Below are positions 29,601-41,600 of a stretch of 64,000 nucleotides of DNA, piece by piece; the stretch's first letter is position 1, and the number at the start of each line of letters is the position of its first letter. The stretch spans positions 20,787,365 to 20,851,364 of the forward strand of contig NC_092678.1 in NCBI RefSeq assembly GCF_964355755.1, read 5' to 3'. This DNA comes from Antedon mediterranea. Taxonomy: Eukaryota > Animalia > Echinodermata. Under the pieces are notes generated by a model. That model had not been told where the DNA came from. It saw only the letters and a program-made list of their open reading frames with translations, and made no database searches. Both the position numbers and the translations under genes were made by a program.

Positions 29601-32600
29601 TCTTGAAATAAATTTGCGACGACCTACAGTACATATTATTACATCATGACATTTTATTTATTTATTTGGAATTACACCTTTAGATCGGTGGCACACTTAG
29701 CACAAAGGTGCATCCTTCACAATATAAAATATAACAATTAACAGAAAAGTAAAAAAAGGCAAAAGCAACTATCAACCCCTATCCTACCCCCCCCCCCCCC
29801 CAATTTACATCGATACATACAGTAGATCATTACTTTACACAATGAATACAAAACAAGATATAGTAATGAAGTGTATAAAATAAAATAAAATCAACTGATA
29901 AACACATTAAAATCTATCAAAGTAGAGTCAAGAAACACGGAACAAGTTGTCATATTCCCATACCCACTGGATACACACAATAAATATATGGTGACAGGGC
30001 TGCAAATTAAGGGGTATTTGGTTGCATTTGCGACCTAATTTTTCTGTTTGCGACTAAAGAAACAGAATAGGTCGCGCATAGCGCGACAAGATCGTCTGCT
30101 TGTGCGAGTTGTTTCAAATTGAAGTCGGATGTGTTTTCCCTATTTCAAACACTGTGTAATTTAATCTCTCTACTACGGAAGGCTCAGGAGTTTCCACTAG
30201 TCACCGCCGCGATCGCCGCAAAGGTGTCAGGTTCATTCAAGCGTACAAAGCCCCTAAACATTTTACACTCGTTGTGATTGGAAGTTTGTCCATTTATTGC
30301 ATGCTGCCTTACCCAATCACACAAAAGGACACCAAACACACAGCACAGTGTGACGCGCGGACGACACAAACCTCGTGGAAAATCATCTGTTTTAAAGTTA
30401 AAGTTTTTAAAAAATACAGTACACAAATTATACACATTCTTTATTCTTGTGGGTCTAAGCTTTCTTTGGGCTATGTCCAATGAATTACTACTTAGTTTAA
30501 TGTCTTGCCTAGCTGTCGATTAGCCTCGACTCGACACATTTTGTGTGAAGAAGAGTGCGCAAAGGCAATCACGTGAATTGACTTGGAATCCTAGGCCTTC
30601 TGTAGAAAGTATCGTATCGCAGTTGTGTAATCACTTCTTGTTCCTATACGCTTGGGTGCACACGGAATAACATATTTAACTGATGAATTATTCATGTTTA
30701 TTTTGTGACGTTTCATGAGGGGGTCCCCAACTTATGTACGAAAAAAAAAATCGCGGGCGGGCGCGGTAGATACAAAGGATTGTCGCCGCGCAGTCATCAG
30801 CATTTTTTAGGCAGTATAAATGGTTATATCATGATTAATAAATAATGTAATTAATGATATATATAATAATATCTATTCATTATATAGATTAAACAGCAGT
30901 ATTGTTTATCAGTAGATTTAATACTTTATTCCAGATTCTGATTATCGAAAATTATATATCAGAGAAAATACCGCAACTTTTCCTACGAAGTAGCTTCGTA
31001 GATAAAACAGGCTACGTTGTTGGCTACGTTGTAAACATTTGATGGGATTTTTCCCAAGAACATGCTCGTCTTGATGTGATAGGCTATCTTCTCCGCAATT
31101 CAAACATTAAATGGATCATTTATTACGCGGAGATAATTTTGATTTAATTCCCACCCAGACCCTGTCCTGTTCTGTGTGGTGGTGTAGCCCTGTTCGTGTG
31201 CCGGTGGTCTCGACTTATTGGCGTTTTATTTGGCAGGTCATACGTGCGAGTTGAGTAGGACCTACGAAAGAGGCCTAGGCCAAGGACTAAACAATTAATA
31301 AACAAACAACTTGGCATTACGATTTTATATTTCAACAGTCTCGATTGTACATTCAGCACTGTACGTATTCGAAACAAAATAATCATTGGTACTTGATTCG
31401 AAATCCATATTTACATACCGCCCGCCCCATATAGCCAAATACGGTATGATAACCTACGTCATTCTTATCGGATGTTTGCGGTCTGCAAATCGATTTCTAT
31501 ACGTGTTTCACAAGTCTGTATTTTCAGACAAAAATCGCGGTCGAAATAAAAACAAATAAATTAAAAAAAAGATAATACAGACTTGGGGCAAGTCTATGGT
31601 TTAGCGAACAATAACCTACGATCTATTTACGCGTAGGCTACGAAAGGTTACGCGTATATTACAAAGCAGTAATTTCTTTCTGTACCGTAACAATAATAGA
31701 TCTTTGCGTGAATATAAGTGGCGCATCAGGACCAGTGCCTAAAAAATGTGCATAACCCAAATTAATTGAATTCTTCAGTGCTGAATTTTTATGTGCTCAG
31801 AAATCGATTGAAACAACCTATAATTACTCAAAAATCGCCCCCCCCCCCAAAGCGGGGCCATTGGCGGCCTCCTGACCCCCAGCCTAAGGTTGTACTGTAT
31901 TTCATTTTTATACACCCCCCCCCCCCCCCACTAAACTAAAAACGGATCTGCGCGGATGGGGTTTGAGGGAAGGGGGTTAGTTGTCGATGAAAAGGTGCTA
32001 CTAAAAAAATTGGTGGTGCTACCAAAAATTATTATTAGCCATCATACAAATTTGATAGTGCTACCAAGTAAAAAAGTTAATTTGCAGCCCTGGGTGATTT
32101 TCTAGAATTTTCTAGGTCGTCGCAGATCAAAATCTACAGTACCTATTCTCATTCAGTGAATGGATAATCCTTTTGAAAACAGATTGATTCACGTTTGAAA
32201 AGTGTATACGAACAATTGTAGTAGTTATCTGAATAGAAATATGGTACAGCATAGAGTTCACTATAATATCTCTATGGGTACAGATAGCATACATTGTTAA
32301 AAGGATTTGTCTTGTATCAGCCTGAAAACATTACTGCTACTACACATGAGTGATTGTTGTTATTAGATTTTTATTCATGTGTGAGAAAAATGCAGCATAT
32401 AAAATGTGTTAAAATGCTGAATGAATTGTATAAATATATTCACAACATAGAGAGTAATACAATGTTTACACATGGTGTGTTATGACAGAATTGTGAATAA
32501 ATAACATTAATATGTTCTCAGGCAATGTTGAATTGTTGAAAAATAAAATTAATGTTTGCCTGCGGCAAGGGAAATGTGTTCACATGGAACTCTGTGTAGA

Positions 32601-35600
32601 ATAAAAATTATGAGAATACAAAATATGTGCAATATTATTTAAATGTGGTCGCATGAAGCTGCATAAATTATAAATTTACAATCATGTATTAAAATGATTG
32701 TTTTGCATATTTTCAGGACTTCCAAGGAGGAAATGACAATAAATTTGGCAAAGCACAGTTGATTCAGTTGGTAGGGTTATTGGAAAATGAACTACAAACC
32801 AGAGATCTAATAATTCATCAATTCAAGGTGAGTACACACCTATTATATAATGGTATGACCTATAATCCATAGTATTTCACTGGCACTATTTCCTAAATGT
32901 CCTAAAAGAACAAAAATCATTCAGGACAAGAATAAAATAATGATTATACACTATAAAAAGGAATTTTTTTGTAACCCTTTTATGAAATGGTATGACCCAT
33001 AAACAATGCCATTATTTCAATGTGGCTTTACTGTATTGTTGATTTTTTACAATAAGACCTTTTAAAAGAAAAGGGAAAAAACATTTATTTAATTTTGCCA
33101 AGTTGAAAATATATATCAATGTATTTTTATGTGTTAGGACTCAGTAGAAAATATAACAGTAGTACAAAACAACCCCAAAATGTTGATACTCTGACACAAT
33201 TGAATGACACTGCTCGTGGAACATCCCAGCAATATGTGTCCACCGTGTGTTTCATATTAAACACGCTCAGTTGCCCCATGCACTCTAATGGCATATTGAT
33301 CATACAGGCCTATGAGATGCGTCCCTATGACCTAGCCAGCTGACATCTAGGCAGACAGCTGATGCCGATAGCGGATATTACCCAATATCATCTAGTAACC
33401 AAACTAATCATATTGATTCTGTACCTTTATTGTTTTCTTATTTGCAAACGGCTTGTGGTTAATATTGATCAGCCACATTTATTATTCAATACCATATTAA
33501 TATTATATTATAATTATCATCAGTGTACTAGTTAATTAAAATGATCTGACATTTGATGCAAGTGCTAGTTATCAATATGGTTGTTTCTTTTTACACCATA
33601 TGTTGGCTCAGTTTCCAAAATATTAAATGTTGTCGTATAAAATAAAAATAAGTACTTTGAAAACTATACTATAGTATAATTAATTAAAAAGCAAATAATT
33701 TTAAACAACAGTTTTCATTAACACTAATTACTAACTATGCTATTTGTTCCTGTACAGCTGTACAGTATGTAGTTCTGAGCTTTATCTTTTTAAGAGGCTA
33801 CAAAATGAAGAAAGTTTGTCCAACACCCATATCTAATAATGGTACAGTCCACGAAGCATGCCTGCATAAAGTAGTATTATTTAGAGTACATTGCTATACT
33901 CAAACAAGGACCTAATAATGAATAATGATGATCAAGTATCCATGTTTACCCCCCAGTGCGGGCTGATACACGCATCAGTATGTTAAATATAGATATATTA
34001 CTTTTCTTCTTTTCTCATAGCTTGAGCGTCAGAAATTGCTACGTAGCAAGTCTGTGCAAAAGAAACTTATATTCAATAATCCATATGCTGCGCTAATCCG
34101 GGATCGTCCAGATGGCGAACCCGGAGAGGAAGAAGCCAACCACCCCCTCAACCACCTACAGACCCTGATAACGCATCACAAAAAGGCAGAGCAGAATATG
34201 ATTGGCCAATTAAAAGCTTTGACCGAAAGCCATGCAAAGGTATTTATATTCTTAGTCTACTTTGTGCAAAACTTACCCGGATAAACCTCTGAGAGGAGAA
34301 CATAACTTAAAAATAAATTTGAGCACCCCTCCAAGACAGTGATATTGTCCAATATTCCCAATACCCTGAATCCCCTTGTGAATGTGATAAATGTAAAAAA
34401 ATTATTTATTTTGAGAATCCTGAATACCAACCACTAAAAACCAAGTTTTATAAGACAGTAGTTTTAATAATTACAAATATACTATAATAATGATGATGAT
34501 TATTGATAATATTGATAGAAATTATTTTTTGCAATCAAATTAAAAATATATTAATATATATAAGGCATTTTGAACCAATCTAAAATTATAAACTTCAAGT
34601 GACAATTATCATTGTCACCAAAACCTTTAGTCACAAGTGTTGAAACACTGCTAATTTCCGTAATGGCTGTGTACCAGCTAAGCGTGTTAATTATGTTTAA
34701 TGAGATGTTAATTAGCTTGCTGAGCCAATACTTAATACCCACAATCAAGCTGACTCATATGTTAATGAGTATTGATGAATGCACTGTAGTCTTTTGCGTG
34801 TCATACCGCCATTTGATTGATCCACTTGTTCAATTACAATGGTGTTAATCAATAATCTTAGCCTGTCATCAAGTATAATTATTAATATACTGTATATTAT
34901 AGTATGAATAATACGTATGTTTTATTTAGTAGGCAAAGATATCAAGGCCTAAATAAAATTTACATATTAATTAAATAACATATTGAAGCAATAAATATAT
35001 TAGTATATTGATAAAAATTATTATTAGTAAATTAATATTGTAATTTTGTTACTGCTGTATTATTACAATTTTGAATCCTGCTGAATTTAAGAAAATACAT
35101 TTTCTTAGATTGTGTTTACTACCCTGCAAGTGCAATTAAGTCATAATATAGGGAACCTTTTGATAAAGATAAGTCCCTGCATGGATACAATAAATTAAAA
35201 TAATGTAACTAGTTCCTACAGGTCCTACTGTAGGTAACACTAAACCAACACATTTTTCTCTTGGTTTTCTTCTTTTTATTTCTTTTGTTAAGTGCATTGA
35301 GGCTTTGCATAATACGCTATATAAATCCTATTTATTATTATTATTATAGTTAATAATAATATCATTTTTTCACATTAATTTTGTCCTTATAGACAGTATT
35401 AATAAAAATTTTAATTTTTGTTAAGATTGTTTCTCAGTTGGAAGATGAACGGCACAAGCATGCACAAGACGCCGCTCAAGGAGATGATGTTACCTATATG
35501 TTGGAGAAGGAGAGGGAACGTCTTATACAACAGGTGATGTTTCTGGTGCAACTTTATAATGTTCACTATCAAAAAGAGAAAATGTCTCCATGATCTGGGT

Positions 35601-38600
35601 TGTACATTTTTCTGTTTGACACAGTGACCTTTAGGGGTGTAGAAATGTTCAGTCTCTTCTGACAAACTTGTGCCTATATACCCTTTGCTGAGTGTAAATC
35701 ATATATGATGCTATAGATTTAAATAGATATAGATTTTAAATGTAATATTCAATACTTATATTTCATTTTTTTCGAACAGGTTGAATTTGAAAAAGCTCAA
35801 CAAAAGAAGCTGGAAAGAGAAAACAAAAGAGCACAAAATGTTATTGTTCAGGAACGTAAAAACATCAAACAGGTTGCTAAATTTATGTTGGCAGAAAGAA
35901 CTGTCCTTTTAGAACAACTCAAGGAAGAGCAGCAAAAATCTGACATGTTGGCGCAGTCTTTACTGACTCTCCAGCATAAGGTGGAGAGCACTGAAAACTA
36001 TTTATCTGCAGAATCAAAAGATGCTGCCAAACGGGAGGCAGAGATGGAAAAGCAACTTTCTGAAGTTGATGTTGAAAGAGAACAGTTAAAAGCAAAATTT
36101 AATCGTGAAGAAAACAGAAATAAAGAACTAAAAGATGAAGTTCAGATTTTGAGAAAGAAAATTAGTGATCTTGAACAAGCTTTAGCGAATACAGAACAAA
36201 AATTAAAATTAGAGGTTGCCAAGAAAAACTCAAAGATTAGTCCAAGCAATAGTTCCGTTTCCATAGTTGAAACTCCTGCAAAAGACACTAAACAAAAGAC
36301 TCCGAATGTAACAAGAGCAACTTCTAAGGTTATAAGAGATCGCAAATTAGATCGCTCTGATGGTTCTAATTCTTCCAGTTCGGAAGATCTTCATAACCCA
36401 AGGACTGCTAAAAATCCTGGAGTTACTAGACCCGGAAGCGGAGTTGTCAAACCAGGTTCTAAGATGAAGCCAAAAGTTGGAAATTCGTCACCGACGACAC
36501 AGGTGCGAGGAAGCAACAACGGGAGGGCATCGCCAGTCAACAGAAGTAAGCAGGGTGGTGTAGCAGGTAGTAAACGTGGTGAGGCTTCAGCCTCTGCTAA
36601 CCCTCCCACTGCCAAAGTTCTTCCACTGACAAAGCAGCAAGGGAAGCCTGGCTCTCCAGGTCGAGGTACTGGTTCAATAATCAACACTGGAGAGGACAGG
36701 TCTAGGGATACCAAAGTCACTAACAATTCTAAGCAAACCACAGCTTCTAACCAACCCCTTGTAATTCAAGCACCTTCCCAAGGTGGAACACAATCCAAAA
36801 AGGTTGTTTCACCCAGGGGGAACCCCCCTCCTATTCCTCCTAACAAACCAACCCTTATACCTCAGAAATCTGCTCCTTCGAGCGGGTACACTAACAGTGG
36901 AGTTGGTAAGACTGTGGTAGCTAGAAAATCCGATTCTTTGGTGGAGGCTCGCAAACAGTTCTACGCAAGTAAGCTGGGCGGAGTTGCGGGGCACAAAACA
37001 GGCGCCCTTAATGCCAACAGTAACAACTCTAACGCAGAGGGCATGGCCAGGGACACACAGGTGGGTGAGGTAGAATCAAGAAGGTTGGATACTTCTACTT
37101 CAGGCCAGGCCAGCCCAGCTCCACACCTCACACTGACAGGTATTACTAACAACCAGCCTTCCTAGTACGGCATGCACGCTAGCTACTTTTATTAGCACTA
37201 AAACCGGCTGTTGTAGTTAGGTTACTTATAGCTTGACTAGTAGATTGTGGCGTGACTACATATGTTTATAAATATTTTTATAACACAAATAATACTGGTA
37301 AACAAAATTGTAAACTTTAGTATAATTGTACACAAGATTTGTTTTACACATATAGTATATCATTTTATTTATTAACCACATAACTAGGGCTTTTGGTTGA
37401 TATATATTTAAAACATTAGCAATTGCTTGCTATAAGCTGAATGAACTAAACAATACAAAACTATATACTATTTGCTAGTTCCCTTTAGAGAAATATAGAC
37501 CTGTTTGCATTGAGTACAGTATACAAAGTGCTTCTGTACCAATGCAGGCTTGTCTAGTATACAGTTTTAACCAATTCCAGCTGCTGAAGTAGGAAGTTAA
37601 AAAGTCAAAATACAAACATTAACACTACTAAATATCATTTTAAGAAAAGAAAAAAAAACTTATTGTAGCCTCACAACCAAGAAGCACAATTAATAAAATG
37701 TAATTTCTAAAGTAACATATTAATATTAATCTAGTCGTAGCTAGATAACAGTCCTCGCCAATAGCTATTGTTTTTACAATCACATGACCAATATTTAATT
37801 ATGACTAAAATTTAATTTAGTAACATTTTAATACCAGTATTATAGTTGTCATGTGACCAACATATTAGAACCGTCATGTGACCAACATGTTAGAACAACT
37901 AAAATTTAGTAACATTTTAATACCAGTATTATAGTATCTAGTCATAGCTTTCATTATGTCACATTGATACTATGTGATGCGCTTTCAGTCACATGACCCA
38001 CTGGTAGTTAGAGTGCCTTTACTTCAATCCCAAGATTCCCTGGCCATGTCCTCTGTGCTGGTTTTTGCTGCTGTTTTGATGTTCTGCTTCATTGTTGGTG
38101 TCTTTTTGGTGTCTCTACAATGTCACTTTCTCTTTTTTTTTAAACAGTGTTTTAAGATTTGCTCATACAAAGGTTAATGCAACAAAAAGTATAAGTTATT
38201 TCCACTTAATTTGGTAACAGTAAACATTTTCTAAACTTTTTGAAAGATCAATTTAGGTTAAGCATGCACAGTCCTAGATCATGATGATTGCTTGGTTCCC
38301 AATTGGATGCAATACAATGACAGCATAAGTTGGTTGATCAATCACAAGTGACGTTTTGGATGACCCATTGATCAAATTACCTCCTTGTGTTGTGGCCAGT
38401 TGAAAAACCAAGTTTAAGCTAGCTAAAGCTAATGTGGTTTTAGTTGAGTGTGTTGAGGGAATATCTAGATGATAAAACATTAGAAAAAATCAGTAATAAA
38501 CTTATTATATTTATTGAAAGTGGCCTATTTCTTTGGCTGGGCGTATTATGCGATGTTGAAATTTATTAAGTAACAAGAAAATATAAAACAAACACTGCAG

Positions 38601-41600
38601 TTAAATAGTAGATCTTTGAGATTGCACCACCTAATACACTAGAATTAGGGGAGAGGGTTTAGTTCACATAAAAGTTAGAGTAGATTTTTTGTTTGTATAC
38701 TGTTATCATGTTCAGTGGAAACAACTTTAACCAATTGCCTCCAACCTACCATTCTCCATACCTGTAAATTAAAATTCTATTTTTGTTTTATTCTATTTTA
38801 AAAATAAAACAATAAATTGAGTGAAGAGAAGGAAATGAACAGTATTGTGAGAATTAGAAATATATATATATATATAGATAAATAAATATTTTCTGGAAAA
38901 CTAAGAGATAGAGACCAATGATTTATAAGGCCTTAGAAAAAGGCTTGATTGATTGAGAGAACTTCAAACTATTTTTAGTGTACTACAAGCTGTTGTTTAT
39001 TTTGAAGTGTGAACTTTGACATTTTTTATAAATAATGTGATGATGATTATCAGAGTAAAATTTATTTCTTAAACAGTTTTTTAAAGTTCATTTCCTAAAT
39101 CGAAGTGCCAAGTGTGTGTATTTATTAACATTTTAGTGTTAAACATTTTTTAGTGTTTTTTTTTCTTCTTTTGCTTTAGATTTCAACAAAATTCTTGAAC
39201 GGTTTAATATGTAATATCTCTCAATCCACACACTAATATTAAATAAGACTGAAATGATAAAAGAAAGTAATAAGGGTGATATATTTTTTGAAAACTTCAT
39301 CTAAAATAGAATGTATTCTCTGTACAGTTCATACAAGAATTCCTCAAAAGACATCAAGTAAAAGTAGTCACCATAGAGGTAGTAACTAAACAAACATTTT
39401 GATCCATCCATTTACATTGGCTTATGCAGGTTTCAAAACCTCCATTAAACCCACAATGCATCTGTGTTGCGGCCTTAAAGCTTAACACTAATTACATAAT
39501 TAAGATATCAAATTCCTGCACTTAATGGTAGTTATCACTCTAGTCACGCTTTCCTTTCACGAACATAACCTTTAATATAGCGTTTCATGCTGGAAGCGCT
39601 GTTTATTTATTCTTGGGAACCAAATACTTGCTCAAACACATTACATTTATAATGTAGACATTTTCATGTATTAATAATGGTCATCACTTAATCATCCTTC
39701 TCAAGCTTTTCCTTAAATGCTCTTCGCTTACTAATATAATATAATATATAGCATTGGTCACACATTGGTAAAATTGGATTTCTTTTTAATGGTCAGCAGG
39801 TCAAGTTTAACATATATGTTTTACTTGTCCTTAATACCAAATTTAACTTTCCAATAAAAAGTTGCGAACAGAAGCAAGTAGTGGTTCTGATTTAATGAAA
39901 CACCTCTCACATCATTCAACCAAAACATCCAAAACTGTTGGTTACAGACAATTATTTATTTTTAAGATTCTAATTTAAATGGCATTTTTTTAATTTGTTC
40001 GTTTTGTTTCCTAAATATTTGCTTTATATAATTGTTTGTTTGTCCCCATTCGAAATGATCAAATTCTATTGTCACTAATGAAATAATTAAAATTTTGTAA
40101 TCTATTTCCATAGGTCAAAGGTTTTATGTTTGTGTGTGCGTGCTATATCTGTTGATGTGTGTTAATCCGTCCCCTGCATGTGTGTGGGTGTGTCCCTAAA
40201 TCTGACCCACTCTCTTCACCACCAGCATGCTTCTTGCCCAGCCTAACCTTTCCTACGCTACTACTAACACTTCATCTGAATTCATTGCAAAACTCTGATT
40301 GCATTGCGAAGCTGGGCTGGACTGGAGTAGATCATCAACCTTTGAACTTTGACATTTTATTTTATCTTTATATATATTTCCATTAATAAGTCATATTTCA
40401 TTCTAATTGCTTTTAATTAAATTGCACTCATTTCTATTGGAATATTTATATAATTATGATGTATTTTACAAGCTTTTTATAAGTTTATTTATTTATATAT
40501 TTTTTTTATATTCAAGGATTTTCATATTCGATATTTATTATGACGTTCTCTTTTCTAAGTTTGCTTCACTTTTTGTTTGTTGTGTTTAAGCAAATTCCAT
40601 CATGATTTTAATTATTTCTAATTAATCATCAACAAATATAATTTAAATATCCATTTCAACATTTCAAATTAAATCTTCATTTTAAAGTAAAATGTGTACA
40701 TCATTTTTTTTTAAACATTGATCAATGTACATACATTTTTATATTTCAAATTTATATTTAAAAAAAATAACACTATGTTTATTAATAGAAATTACAGTTA
40801 ATATAAAAAAATCATAAAAATGACTTAACCTATTTTCTTCACCTCCCCCTTAATTCTGGCATGCACAGTGTACCATACCCCTACTGACACAGAGTAAGTA
40901 CTGCTTTAACGAATGCAGATTTGTCACATTATCCCCTCCATACGAATGTATTTCCATCCTTCTTGCACTTAACCAATCACACAGGGCTTGTAAAAAAAAA
41001 TTAATAATGGTAAAAAAAATTAATAATGGTAAAAAAAATTGCCATTGGTCCTGTTTAGACTGAAACCTCATGCAAATTCAAGTAATTGAAATCAGAAATC
41101 AAATTATAAATATCAGAAAACTAATCGAAAAACAAAAAAACAACATATCTAATTTATTAACAGTCATGAAGATAATGAAATATTTAAGAAAGTGACAACA
41201 CCTCCCTAACTGAGATTCACATTTGAATATTTTCATTAAAACAACATCTGATAATAAAAGAATAATTACATATTTAGTTTTATTTAAAAGAATCAGGATT
41301 TGAATAAGTTTCTAAATACACTATATCAAATTTGATCTTTAAATTCATTGCTTTGTGTGGTTGGTCTCTTCTGCATGACTTCCAACTTTCTATGTTGAAT
41401 CAAACTATCATCTACCATTTCTCTCTCACCGGAACATGTGCGTGGTCAGGTTTGATATAAAGCTGATACTGAGGTTAACTAAATGTTATGCGAAAATGTG
41501 AGGATCAGATATATTTGGACTAACTAATCTTAAATTTATGAGATTACAGTAGATACACATGTTGAGTATTTGGAAAATGTGAGGATCAGATACATTTGGA

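Noticed and set aside
30184-31386. ORFs inside the 2.1-kb transposon as a transposase or cargo gene
   Set aside because: Short, with no recognisable BED, DDE or dimerisation motif.
36142-37152. Antisense ORFs over CTTNBP2 exon 5
   Set aside because: Shadows of the real coding frame.
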